A stretch of 64,000 nt of DNA. Source: Podarcis liolepis (taxonomy: Eukaryota). Below, piece by piece: positions 12,732 through 25,927 of this stretch. The stretch lies in NCBI GenBank assembly GCA_965112155.1, contig OZ218098.1, one strand, 5' to 3'. The notes beneath the pieces were generated by a model that saw only the letters and a list, made by a program, of their open reading frames with translations, ran no database searches and was not told the origin of the DNA. Numbering within the stretch: position 1 is the stretch's first letter; every line of letters starts with the position of its first letter. The position numbers and the translations under genes are program-made.

Positions 12732-13544
12732 TTCTAGGCGCATTTTGCAACAGGGAATTTCATTAGTGCGAGCAGTTTCTGAGCACTGGGCGCAGTACTA
12801 GACCTAAGATTTCATATTAAAACTGCAGAGTGGAAGGAAAGGAGGACCTTTTCCTGCCTCTGCACTTCCAGCTACTCTCTGAAGGCTTCAGGAGAGACCC
12901 TCTTAAGAATATTGGGGGGGGGGGGCAGTTGAAGGACTAGACCACTTGAAAAATGAGCATAATATTTTAGCTGTCATTCATTCATTTTCAGCTTTGTATT
13001 CTTGTTATAAAAACTTGTGTCTAGACATTCCGTTGTTGCGCCCATAACCTAGGTTTAAGGTGTCATTTAGCTCCTAGCTTTCATATCAGTTTCTAACACT
13101 GCTTCCAACTCTACAGTTCTTTGACTCTATGAACCTGCCTAGTGCTTCCCTTACCTTGAAAGTCATTGCTCAAGGTGGCTTGCAAAATATAATACCAAGT
13201 GTAATATAGAAATCCATAATTAGAACACAATTTCCAAACTTCAAAGTCTGGAAATTGCATCAACAAGAGCCAATACTTAACTATCTATTAAATCAAGTAA
13301 CAAATTAATTTTGTTATGGCATCCATCAAAGATTGCAACAAGAGCATTTTAAGACAGTAGGTGTCCATACAAAAAAGAGAATTAAAATGTTGTGACAGAG
13401 GTGACATTACATAAAATTTCTGTGTTGTGCCTGTGAGCTATCCATCTGATTATGCATTTGTACTACTGGAGTTAAGTCTCTGTTGCTCTGTTTTTCTTGA
13501 ATCATTAGCTTTATTAGGTAGTGTGTGTTTTGTTTTGTTTTTTG

Positions 13545-13546
<2 letters not shown>

Positions 13547-13578
<32 letters not shown>
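13547..13578. repeat. (GT)16 microsatellite
   Basis: Read directly from sequence. Confidence 0.95.
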
Positions 13579-13579
<1 letters not shown>

Positions 13580-14912
13580 GTAAGCCTCATTGAGATTCTT
13601 AGGAGCCTAATGGGCAGATATAAGCTTGTAAAGAGAAGAACAAAGTAATATTCCAAGTATTGGGAGTCTTTGTCCTGTTTCTTTAAAATGTAATGAAAAT
13701 ATGAAGGTTAGACTTAATTACAAAATTTGGCACAGATCAGAGCAGCATAGTAGTAGGTGTTTAACACAACTTTTTTGCATGCTTGTGTGATCATTTTTGG
13801 TATGGTTTACAGTATATTGTCTTATATAAATTATGAAGAGTTCATTTTTTTGGATTTAAAAAAAATATTATAGGGGAGGGGCCTACAAATGTGCCTAGTA
13901 ACTGGAGTGGGCCAGCTTTCTTGGTTTCTGCTCCACAAAGGGTACCTGATTAGCATCTGCCTGATTAGATTTACAAGGTTGCAGAGGCAGTCACATGTGC
14001 CATAAATCGCTGACATTGACGCCAAGGCAATTTGGGCCCCATTTTTGAATGTAGTACATATGGCTAGCAACTTGCTAAAGTCAGTTGCCAGAGACCAGGT
14101 TCTGCACTTGAACAGAATGCCTGTAGATACACCACAGTCTACAGTCAGATGGCTTCTCCCCACTCTGAGTTCTGGTTGCATTTCCGGCACCACAATCTAG
14201 ACTTTTTGTAATTATATTCCTTTGACCAAAGCGTTTCTTGCTAGCCATTACAGAGTAGCTGTGTTCTGCCACAGTTGTTGCAATTTGGGCGAAGTCGCTA
14301 AGGGCATGTTCGCCTAAGGAACTTAAGCACTGGAGACACATTTCGCAACCAGAAAGTTGAGATTCTGAAGAAATCAGTATGCTAGTCATCATCCAAACAC
14401 AGGATCTCAGTTGTCACGCTATCTAGGCAACTAGCCTGGTACATTTCTACGTCTGTCTTAGCACCAATGTCTTTTCTGAATTTCAGTACTACTTTCCTGT
14501 TAAGATAATTAGAGAAAAGATAAAAAGATGAAGGAGGCAGAGTCCAAAATGTTGTTAAAAGTATGGCACTGACTTTATGAGACTGGCAGTATGGCACATG
14601 TTGATGAAAACTCAGTAATGGAATCCCAGGGCCAGACTGAAAAACGGCCAGGTCACATGTTGCAGTGTTGTACAACCCTCTTTAGAAAGATATTTTCCTG
14701 CTAGAGGGGGGGAAAGTACATTCTTAATTTTTTCAAGAAAAGAGACAGCTGGTAGCATTCTATAAATGATGCTTCTAATAATCTATGGGTAATATCCAAC
14801 TAAATTACCAGAATCCATTGATTTCAGTGACTCTACTCCTCCAGTTAGAGAAATCAAATTTGTACATCCTTAATTTTAAAATAATAAAATGACTGGTTTT
14901 ATTAATCTAAGG

Positions 14913-15048
14913 CGGGCATAGGCAAACTCAGCCCTCCAGATGTTTTAGGACTACAACTCCCATCATCCCTGACCACTGGTCCTGTTAGCTAGGGATCATG
15001 GGAGTTGTAGTCCCAAAACATCTGGACGGCCAAGTTTGCCTATGCCTG
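14913..15048. mobile_element. 136-bp palindromic hAT MITE
   Basis: Arms cgggcataggcaaact / agtttgcctatgcctg; perfect 8-bp TSD ATCTAAGG (14905-14912, 15049-15056). Confidence 0.92.
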
Positions 15049-15414
15049 ATCTAAGGGCAATATTGAACTAAGCTACTTAAATTCTTTGATATTTACTAAA
15101 AGTGTGACTTAACATTGGATATCTTTGTAATTTGGGGGTTGGTTTTTTTTGGTAACAAGTAGTTTTATTGAAAAGAATTCAATTATAGATAATTTAGACA
15201 TCATTTAAGGACAGTTTTCCTAGCAGCTTAAAACAGGAGCAGCTGAAAACAAAAAGATATTTGAAATGCCTCAAAATAAACTAAAATCCAGATGAGAAAT
15301 GGTGTGACAACTCATCAGTAGTGATGAGACCCTCCTCTGTCCCAAGGATGGATATCCAGAGCCTTCTGATTTGCAGGGATGGAACAGGTAGCAGGAAAAC
15401 ATCCCTGTGGTCAA

Positions 15415-15586
15415 GGGAACATGAGATAGCTGCCTTATACCATGCCAGAATACTCATCAGTATCCTCAGTACTGACTGGAAGTAGCTCTCTACAGATTCA
15501 GGCTGCATAATTTCACAGCCCTACCTGGGGATGCAATGGATTGAGCCTGGAACTCTTGGTATGCGAAGCATGAGCACACCACTCAG
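15415..15586 (-). mobile_element. Squam3-type SINE
   Basis: gggaacat...agctgccttatac tail and ggattgagcctgg...atgcgaagcatgagcacaccactcag head in antisense. Confidence 0.7.
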
Positions 15587-16169
15587 TGTTAGAATAAATG
15601 TATTCTGAAAGTTTATTTGTCCAAGAGCAGAGTTCTTAAAATTGGAATTCCAGGATGTTGATGGACTACAACCCCAACCATCCTTAACCATCTTAGCTAA
15701 TAGATGGTGAGAGTTGGAAGTCCAACAACATCTGAGGGCACAAGGTTGGGGAAAACTGTGCTAGAGGACTTTATGTGAAATTACCGGTGAAGTTGGAAAA
15801 TATGATCAAACGACCCTTATATATGGACCTGGAACTAGAGAAAAGTGACAGTTTCCTCAAGTATTCATCTTTGAGTACACTTTATTTACAGCTTTCGTTG
15901 GAAATATTGAATTGCAATCAATTTGTGACCCTTGAATTGCAGCTTTGCTAATGGTGAAGTGGTTTTTTGTCTGTCTCTCTAACTTCTCCTTACCTTGTAC
16001 CACCTTCCATGCTGTCTCCCCAGAACCCCTTAGTCCCCCAGAACAGATTCTTGGTGTGTGTGATGCAGGGGGCCTCAGTAGGAAAGCATGTAGCCTGTCC
16101 TTTTGCATTACTCTGTGATCATCACCTGAGGCTTTTCTTTTTGTGTCTCTCCTCCGTGAGAGGTCTGGA

Positions 16170-16430
16170 GTAGCAACTCATGAATGGACTTTCTTCTGTG
16201 GCTCCCCATTTGTGGAATGCTTTCCTCAGGGAGGTTTGCACCTTCTTTACATCTATTTAGGCATCAGGCAAAAACATTCTTCTTCTCCATGACCTTTGGC
16301 TAATTAAACAATCTATGGCCTTTTAAACTGGGGTGGATTCCTCCCCCCCCCATTATTTTTATACTGTAAACTGCCCTTTGATCCTCAGATGAGGGGCAGT
16401 ATATAAAATTGATAAGTAAATAAAATAAAT
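16170..16430 (+). mobile_element. L2 LINE 3' end
   Basis: ttctgtggctccccatttgtggaatgct...ctgtaaactgccctttgatcctcagatgaggggcagtatataaa followed by an A-rich tail. Confidence 0.65.
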
Positions 16431-16959
16431 TCAAAATATCCTACAAATATATATCACTCTAAATCTGTTTTCCCGTTCTGCCAAACCCTTTTCAGAGAGG
16501 ATACAGAGCCTGAGAGGCAAAAGAAGAAAGTAGCACCTGTTGCCTTTGATGAGTCTTCTGCAGCAACTTTGGGCCAGATAACTTTGGCTGCACACAAACA
16601 TGCAATCATATACTCCCCTATCAAACCCTTATCTATTTAGTGTTCTAAAAATTAACTTTGCTCGAATGATCTGGACATTCTTAATCTGCCATTCTGTTTC
16701 AACAGTAACTAGTCATATGTTTCCAGAAGCTCGCATACAGAATATGATCAGGAATGACGTCCTTTGCTTTACTGGGAACTGTTGAGTCAACTGTCTTTTT
16801 CCATACTGCAGTGAAATTGGGAAAGGGGTTGTTTGTATATTTCTTGCCTTACTTGCATAGTGCTGTATCATGTAATGTTTGAGCAAGAAGATGCATGCTT
16901 GTTTAAATGAAGGATCACCTTCTGAAATGTGGCACTTTCTTAGGCAAGTCAATCAACAA

Positions 16960-17051
16960 ATTCCGCCTTTTGGGCAATTTTTGGGGTCTTCCTAAAAACT
17001 AAAAAGTTTCGGGGTGTCCTGGTTTTTACTTTTTGAAATATGGCAACCCTA
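16960..17051. mobile_element. Terminal fragment of a hAT-like DNA transposon (single TIR ...atatggcaacccta)
   Basis: A TAGGGTTGCCATAT-type terminus in reverse complement; no partner end found. Confidence 0.45.
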
Positions 17052-19361
17052 ATGGCATAGACCTGGAGCAGGTTATTTATGGTGAGGTTCCCTGGGAAGT
17101 TGGTTGTGTTTCATTTAGGATTTCACTGAGCAGAAGCAATTTGTAAGTAATAGTGTGTGCTGAGAACAGTACAGATCTATGCATCTACAAAATGAAGTTG
17201 TCAAAATTAAACAGGTAATCAATATGCCAACTGGGATGCCTACAAACTGACTTTAACAACAGAACCTGACTTCTTTTCTTCCCATTAGCTTTGCTGTGAA
17301 AAAGACATATTTAGCTATATGCAAATCCAGTGGTGATTGATTAGCCTTGCCTCAATCCTCCATATTTTAAGCAGAGTGCTTGCCTTTCTTCATTTACAAA
17401 GAACTGAGTGTATGCTTATTCAATTAAATGTAAACCTGTTCCTTTTGTGTACCTTTTTATTTATTAAAAAAAAGCATAATGAAGTTTGTTAAAAACTTAT
17501 GATACTGCTCCAGGGATGTTGATGAATGGGTCATGATGTCATGGACTGAGCAAATTAGCGTACTCAGGTTATATGCATTTATACAGAACATATGAATACT
17601 TGATTGGTTGCAATACAAGGTTCCAAGTAGAAGCAATTTGTAAACTGTGCAGATGATTCACTTTTCTTTTCATATTTCATGTTGTTTCTTTCTTATGCAA
17701 TTTCTGGTGTTGGGCTTTTCGGTGTGGTTCATTATGGGTAACACAAGTAGAAGCCAAAACAAGCTAGAATAGAAACAGGAGCCTGTGATGTAAATAAGGG
17801 GTTCCACTATAATAGATTCGAATTATTCTTTCTTCTGTTCATATTCAGGCAGATACATGGGTTACCCATGCAGCCTCCCACTCACTTATGTACCTTCATA
17901 CTATGTCCCACCTAATCAATTGCTGACACTTGAGGAAAATTTGCATTGCAGATAAGTTGACAATACAAAAAGTATTGTCTTCTTGTAAACTTGTTGGTCT
18001 TCTAAAGTGTTCATAGGGTGGATCTACACACAGGGAAAAACCCTGCTATAAATAACTCAGAAATTAAATCGTTGAAACTAAAGAAAAAAAAGCTATGTAA
18101 AAATAACATAGAAATTTGTTTTGCTCTCTGGCACCATCTGGTGTTGCATGTTTATAACACATTCAAACTGTTGTTTTTTTGACTAATGTAGCTGAATCCA
18201 TAGTCTGTGTGAGTGCTTGCTTAATTAGATAAAATTGCATAGTCATTTACTTCTGTTTTAATAATCTAATATTTGTTATCTGTTGAAGGCTGGTGGCCAG
18301 AAGTTGTGTCTTTTAGTTTAGTTGTGTTTGTTTCCAGTTGTTTCATGATACAGCTGCAATGAAAGTAAGTCAAGTATGTGGTTTTTAAGGAATAAGTTTA
18401 AAGTTCATTTATGTGAATGTGTTTAACACCACTGCATATGGACTCACATCTGCAATCATAGTTTTCTGTATTCAAGAAAAACAAATGGAGAACTAACTAG
18501 ATGAGAGAGGGTTCATGAAGGATTGCTGTATGCCTCCTTAACTTTTATATGGAGGTTGCTCTTAATATTTTAGCCTTCTGCATTATAGTCCGGAAGATTT
18601 CTTCCTACCATATCATAATTGGGATGTGACTCTGGGGGAATCAATGTGTTTGTGAAATGTTACATGTTTTAATCCTTTGAATCCTTTGACTTCATTTTAT
18701 TATTATTATTAAAATGGCTTCCAAGTTTGTATTCTGGACTCTTGTGGTGCAATGAATCTTAGTTATAAATAAAGGTCTCAGTTCTGTTCTTATTGTCTGT
18801 TGGTGATGGTAATTAGCCTCTTGTTAGGCTTCAGTGCATCAGTAGGCCTCATTTCTTGTCAAGAAGTATTTGAGAGGTATGTTACCTCTGTATTTTGCAT
18901 TATGAAGGCCAATAAAATGACTTTTAAAATAGCCTGAGAGACCATTGTGGTGTAATAATCTAAAACAAAAAACACCCTTCTTCCTATTAATAGGGATGCT
19001 CAGAGAACATTATAAATAGATGGAATTCTTAAAATATTCTGGTAAAGGAATATTTATAGAAACAGACAAAGCCTTACATAAATGGCTGCTTTTACAGATA
19101 CAGATCTGCTTAAGAACAGATACAGGCAAACTTTTAAATAGTTTTTGTAATTCTTACTGAAAAAGTTATTCATATGAATTTCAGTGACTTTCCTAGGAAC
19201 ATAAATGAGACACTATATTAGGTAGGTGTGCGTTCTGTTTTCCTGCTGAGTCTCTGGTTGTTCTTTCTATTTCTGAGTAGTTTTTAGCCAGTGGCAATTT
19301 TGTTTTGATTGCTCACTTGGCCAATGAGTTTTACTTTTTGCATATATGGAAGAGCAAGATT

Positions 19362-19621
19362 CAGGCATGTCCAAAGTCCATATCGGGGGCCAAATTGGTT
19401 CAATCCGGTCCCTGTGGCAGTTTATTTTTGGGGGTAAAATCCTAAAAAACCTCAACAACTTCAACCCTTAAAAAGCTCAACAACTTTGGGGTAAAATCAT
19501 AAAAAAGCTCAACAGCTTCAATCCTGAAAAAAAGGTTAACAACTTTTGTTGGCCCTTTGGTCAGCCCGCACGGCCCTTCACTTCATCAGATCTGGCCCTC
19601 TTTGAAAAAAGTTTGGACACC
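19362..19621. mobile_element. hAT-type MITE with internal tandem repeats
   Basis: caggcatgtccaaa...tttggacacc termini; several imperfect copies of cctaaaaaa(c)ctcaacaactt inside. Confidence 0.7.
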
Positions 19622-20683
19622 AACAGGAGCCTTTTGATAAAAAGGCTGGGTTTCTGAAAGCTGTAAGTTTGAATGCAGTGACAGAAGAGCTGGTCAATCA
19701 TGTCTCATTCTTTTTAGATCACTGCTGCTGTTGCTTATCAGTACTGTGGAATGTGCTTGGGGACACACAAGTGGTTCTGACGACTGCACCATGCCTATGA
19801 TTGCCAATGAAGTCAATCAAGACAAGTATGGGCATTCCAGCTAGAATAATCATTGTGACCCAGTATGTGGGCATAGTGCCAGACAAGCATATATACTGAT
19901 GTCCTTTGAAGGAGTTTTGCTTAGCCAAGTTGTAGCTGGTTTCCAGGCACAGTTTTCTGGGGAATATTACTTATCAGGACTGTAAATGAAAAGCTCAGCT
20001 CCTGAGATAAGCTAACTCAATGAAGGTCATGAAATGAAAGTTGCTCATCTTGATACTTCTCCACCTCCTTCAGTAACTGCGTCTCAAAAAACCTTCTCCA
20101 GATGTCATTGATCCTCCATGGACAATGGAGGACTGTTGGGTAAGATGTCCCAAACGGATTTCAGTGACTCAAAAAATTAAGCCATAACAGGTGTACAGAT
20201 AGCAGCATGGCTTGTAAAGGTCACCATGATAATAGGTACATTCAAGCCAAAGTGAAGTACATTTTAATCCACATTGATATCAGTGAGGCTTCTTATAAGT
20301 GTTAATTTGTCTGGAACATGGCCAGCCCAACTTCCAAACAGCCAGAGGCTTGTCACTTACAAATCTTCAATAGCTCTACAACAAAGTTTTTGAGATGTAG
20401 CTGCCTCATGGGAGCTTAATATTGTTAATGCAATGTCCAGAATGTTGCACTGGGGCCTTGCCAGCTGCTAGCCTATTTCATAGAGTCTTACTCATGAGTT
20501 TCAAGAACTTTATAATGGAGCCAAAACTGTTACAGTGAAGTTTGCAACATGATCAGGTAGTGCTGACTGCAATCACTGTTACATATGGATCACAATGAAC
20601 TGGAACCTGCTTCAGGCACATTCTACTGCTTCAACAATTGTGGAGTTGGTACTTGGCTCTAAAAGGATCTTTATAGTTTAAAT

Positions 20684-20932
20684 CAGGAGTCAGCAAACTT
20701 TTTCAGCAGGGGGCCAGTCCACTATCCCTCAGACCTTGTAGGGGGCCGGACTATATTTTGAAGAGGAAAAAAGAGAATAGATTCCTATGCCCCACAAATA
20801 ACCCAGAGATGCATTTTAAATAAAAGCACACATTCTACTCATGTAAAAACACACTGATTCCCAGGCCAGCCGCGGGCCAGATTGAGAAGATGGGCCGGAT
20901 CGGGCCCCGGGGCCTTAGTTTGCCTACCCATG
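20684..20932. mobile_element. hAT (Charlie-like) MITE
   Basis: caggagtcagcaaact...agtttgcctacccatg termini; imperfect TSD GTTTAAAT/GATTAAAT. Confidence 0.75.
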
Positions 20933-23300
20933 ATTAAATGGTGTTTTGAAAGCCTGTTTTAATGACAGGTGGAAGCAGCTAGTCACCCCATCTCTCTGCT
21001 GCTCAGCTTTTGGTGAAGGCTGTCAATCACTATCTTGAGGGACTGTTGTATCTCTTTGGATGGAGACTATTAATAGTCACCGGAAAAGTCTAGAATAACT
21101 GTATGATACCCATGCTTCTGGTGGGCTGCCTTCTTAGCTGGGAATTTGGTAGTGGACCGAGGCTGCTGTTACTATATTTTTAATCCTCATGAACCAAAGG
21201 GAAAGTTTGTGTATGTATACAGAACTCTATTTACTTGCACAGGAAATCCCACCCACCGCCCCAAGCTGCCGTTTTTTTACAAGAACTATGTGGGAAAGAG
21301 AATGAATGTAAAGTATAATTGTAGAAGATAAATGTAGGTCTTTGCTTGTGGGATATCCAGTTCTCACAGGCTTGCCTGAGGAAAAAGTAGTGAAAGCAAG
21401 CTGGGAAGAGGTCAGATTGGCTTGCATTTGAGGAAAAGATTGATGAAAATTAGTGAAGGCGTTTGTACCATTAAGGATAGATTATCAATGATCCTTAATT
21501 CATTTTGACAAGAGGAAAGACCTGTTCTGCAAGCTAAAAAGGTTGCATCACTTAAGTCTTAGAGGACAGGAGAACAATATTTCTATCTTGCTTTGTGGTA
21601 GCAAGCCCAAAGGGAACAGATAGTCTATCTTTAGTTCTGGTGAAGCCTAAGGAAGAAGATACGGATGGTTTGATCTTTGATCTTTCTACTTTTAAAACAA
21701 CAACTACCACCTGTAGAGCGAACCCACAATTTCATACCACCAATTGTCTTTTAAAGCACAGTATCATAAGATTTCTCTTTGTTCATGAATTAAATTGTGA
21801 CTTGATTTATTCCCATTGTAATGGCATAAGAAGAGTCTTATCAGCTTTTCACTTCCAAAATGACAGCAAAATGCCAATAACTTAAAATTTTATTTAAAAA
21901 AAATATTTTTAAAAGAAAAATAAATTACAAGATCATTTCTTAGTTCCAGGATGATTAGTAGAAACACACATTATAATCCTGATTATATATTTATATTTGT
22001 TATATTTAAAACATTTTATTTTCACCACGGCAGTGGTAGGAACAGTGGGTGAAGCATTCCTTGGAGGCTTGGATCTGCTGCCCCTATGGATACTGCTCCT
22101 GAGGCAGTCACCTCACCTTACTTCATGGGTGGACCAGCCCTGAAAGTAAAGGTAGAAAAAGAGGATGCTAATTTTCACTGGTCTTTTTTGCGGTCCACAT
22201 GGATAAATCAGCAGAATGGGCATGAAGACAGGTTGACATCTTCCCTCAATTTCTTTACTACACTGAGATCGTCAGCAACTAGCACTGTGTGATATTAGTG
22301 GCACTATTAGGGGAAGTCCAGTCACAGCCTTTCCTAATCTGGTGCCTTCCAGATCTTTCAACCACATCTCCCATAGAGCTGCCTGGGGTTGATAAGAACT
22401 GTAATTCAAAATATCTGGAGGACGCAACATTGGTAAAGGCTGTCCTGTTGCTTTAGCAGTAACAATGGGCTTCTCACTGTGTTTGCTACTGGCAGTAGGT
22501 CATCAGTGAAAGGATATCAAAGTGATAACATTTTGGATTGTCACTTGGTTTTTGTTGCACCGAGTTAAGTTCTGATGTGCTTTGATGATTTAGGTGCCAT
22601 GTTAACTCCCCCCCCCCCGACATTTATTGGTGAGTTTTGCTATACCAACACCAATCCTATTTTGTTGATTAATAATTATTGCGGTTTTCTTGTGAATAAT
22701 GTTTTGATCTGTAAACTGTTTTAGGACCTTATAGTTGACAGCTGAGATAGAATTTATATATATTTCTTCTTCACTTTGACTTCTGTATATACTTAATCTT
22801 TCTTTTTGCACTTTGTACACTTCAAGCATTTTGCATGTATTATCTCAGTAATCCTTACAACAATTTTGCAAAACAGATCAGTAAAGGTGGTAGAAAGTGC
22901 AGCTGGGGTTCTGTCAGTGATGGCTTTCCTAAAGCCAAGTTCCATAGATCTTGCCAGACTTTGATAGCTAGCCAGCTTTTGCAAGCCCCGGGACTCTGCT
23001 TTTATCCCTGACTGGAGGGAGTATCTTGTTACAGTGACAATTGTGATACATTTACATAGGAAAACAGAGCATGAAACAGTTTAGGAGGATGACAGGGAAT
23101 TACGCAGCATGATTGCCTTTTTGGATAATCAGAGAACCTCTAAGTGCACCATGACAAGTGCACCCCAAACCACAGCCATCCTCTAAATTCTTAGGAGAAA
23201 GGGTAGAAGGGTGCGAGCATAGCTTCTTGGTCAGGAGTTGCCAGATCCTGTCTATTAAATTTGTGGGCTCTTGCCTAAGACCACCTCATTGGTTAATGTA

Positions 23301-23509
23301 CAGTGGTACTTCAGGTTAAGTACTTAATTCATTCCGGAGGTCCGTTCTTAACCTGAAACTGTTCTTTAGCACCACTTTAGCTGATGGGGCCTCGTGCTGC
23401 TGGAGCACGATTTCTGTTCTCACCCTGAAGCAAAGTTCTTAACCCAAGATACTATTTCTGGGTTAGCGGAGTTTGTAATCTGAAGCAATTGTAACCTGAG
23501 GTACCACTG
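23301..23509. mobile_element. Tc1/mariner-type MITE, complete
   Basis: TA | CAGTGGTACTTCAGGTTA ... TAACCTGAGGTACCACTG | TA; same family as 331-563. Confidence 0.9.
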
Positions 23510-24238
23510 TATGCAGGAAGTTTAGACCAGTGGATTTACAGCTGCTTAATAATAATAATAATTAATAACAATAGCTACAGCTACTGGTGTAGACATCTCT
23601 TTTGTTATTATTAATGTTTATTTCATTGTACAAATAGCTAAAAGTTGATGAACTTTATGTTAACACATCTTTGGGGATTATAACACATCTATTCTTCTCC
23701 CAGATATTTGCGTTTTAGCTGAGAGTGATACATTCTTAGTTCTTCTGCAACAGTATGGGTCCAGTGAATATGTTGGTCACCCCTACTGATCATTCCATAC
23801 TGTTGTTGAATCACTACAATTTCCATGTCAGTCATAAATTATTTAATGGGTTTCGGTAGGTTACCTTAATGTTTCCAACTTCCTGATTCCAACGCTTCCT
23901 GCTGTTTGAGGCTAGTGACTAATTTTCTGTCTGCTCCAGGAAAATGAAGCCTTTGAAATTTCAGCAGTCAGGGGAAGTCACTCTTAAGAGAGCTTCAATT
24001 ATCTAGAATGGGAAGCTGAATGTTGTTCTTGATCTAGATAACACATCTTGTGAAATATATTGTATTTGTCTGTGTAACTCTCTAAAAGGCATGGATTTCT
24101 TTTTGGTTGCAGCAGAAAAGGCTTGACATGAGTAAGTGAATAATCTTCTGAAATCTTCATCAGCTAATCATAACAAAGAGTGAGCAACCATTTCACTCCT
24201 ATAATTATGTCCTATATTATCCCATAGCAGTGTGTGCA

Positions 24239-24575
24239 CAGGGGCGTAGGAAGTGGGGTGCGGGGAGTGCAGTCCACCCTGGGTATCCCCGTGGGGGGGA
24301 GTGACAAAATGGCGGCTGGCACTCACCGTGGGGCCTGCAGCGCACCTGAGCCACGTGTGGCTTGAGTGCCTGCAGGCTCTGCGCTGTCCACCAGCCACCT
24401 CCCCCATAGCTGTAGGGCAGCTGAGGCCCCACACCGCACGCACTGTCCATATGGGCGCCAGGCGCGCTGTCCATATGGGCGCCAGGCGTGCTGTCCATAT
24501 GGGCACTGTGTGCCCTTCCCCTGTGGACGGTTCGTCCCACCCCTCGGCGCGCCCTAGAGCCTTCTTCCACCACTG
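24239..24575. mobile_element. GC-rich hAT-type MITE with internal 24-bp tandem repeats
   Basis: Perfect 8-bp TSD TGTGTGCA (24231-24238, 24576-24583); imperfect TIRs CAGGGGCGTAGGAAG / CTTCTTCCACCACTG; three copies of ctgtccatatgggc with a 24-bp period. Confidence 0.85.
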
Positions 24576-25699
24576 TGTGTGCATTCAATAATTTTGAAGC
24601 TGCAAAGTTTGGCATCCAGGGCTGAGTTTTGTGAAGTAGGGTACCATTTACTTCACCTACCTTTATTCTTGTAACTCCCTAAACTATGCACAAACACCGA
24701 GACCTTATTCTGACCCACTGCATCTTGCTTTTCCTCCCAAAGCAGATCAGAGCATAGTGCACAATAAGACACTTAAAAATAATAAAACACTAAGCAGTAT
24801 AAAATAATAACAGCAGACCAGTCAAAATATCTAGAAGGGCTCAAAAGCCTGATGTTTTAACTGCCCTTCTAAACCTAAGCAGCAAAGGAGCCATATGACA
24901 TCCCTTAAAACTGCTCTAAGTCACCAATGTTATTGTATAATACTGATAAGAAATGTTTTTAAATGTTTGAAGCATACCAGTATGCCCAGTAGAAAGGATG
25001 CGTACTACTGGATACTAGTGGACTGTTGTGTTTCATTGTCTTGGATGAAACAACGTGTATCCAATTGATTTATATCACCCGCCTGCCTATAATGTGACTA
25101 GTCCTACTGGATTTCAAGGATGTTTGAAATAATTGCTTCCCTGGATCACGTTAACATGCCCTGTGGGCTCTGAGAATTCTTACTGAAGGGAGTTCGGAGT
25201 CCACTGATGTATCCTATTGCTAACAACCTACCACTTGTAAGCTTATCTTAAGCCACAGAGCTCAATCCTTTGCATGGCTAATGGAAAGTAAAGCCAGCAA
25301 TTGCTGGAATTGAACTGAAATTGAACTGCCACTGACATAGGTGAGAAAGAACTCCTGAGAAGACTGCAAGTGGCATCAAGTCTGAACTCTTTGACAGGGC
25401 AGCCCTGCTCTCCTGGCTTGGACCTTGTCTGATCCATTCCCCAGTTTGTTTTTTGGACGGAGGGGGAAATGGATGCTTACAAGGAATGTTGGCTCTCCAA
25501 GACCACCAGAAACTGCATAGTCAATCACCATAAGATGCTCCTTAGAGCAGGCATAGGCAAACTCGGCCTTCCAGATGTTTTGGGACTACCAGCTGCAAAA
25601 AAAGGGAGAGTCATACAAATTTCACACAGAAGCACATTATTGTTTATTTCAACTCGCCTGTGGAAACAACTCAGAGGCCATGAAAGACAAGGATAACAA

Positions 25700-25927
25700 C
25701 AGGAAGATTTAAAGAAGGAACTATTGGAAACTCAAGGCAGTAGAAACATAAGATGATTGGAACCCCACTGAACTTGAAGCATGGGAAGCCCCAACAAAAA
25801 TTTATAATTTGGCAGAATATTTGGACTATATGATATGTATTTGTATAATTTGGAATACTTAATGTGATTTGATTGGATTGGTAAAATGGAAAATTTAATA
25901 AAAATTATTTAAAAAAGAAAAAGAAAA
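25700..25927 (+). mobile_element. Probable LINE (L1-like) 3' end with poly(A)-like tail
   Basis: AT-rich 3'UTR-like sequence ending aaaatggaaaatttAATAAAaattatttaaaaaagaaaaagaaaa. Confidence 0.45.

Noticed and set aside
18130-18148. CTCF-like motif (reverse complement ACACCAGATGGTGCC)
   Set aside because: Only a partial match to the core, and apparently inside a degenerate repeat; not supportable without ChIP data.
24168-24615. ORFs with repeated APIWTARL / AVHMGARR peptides; CRISPR-like periodicity
   Set aside because: Caused by a 24-bp tandem repeat inside a MITE; no unique spacers and a vertebrate context.
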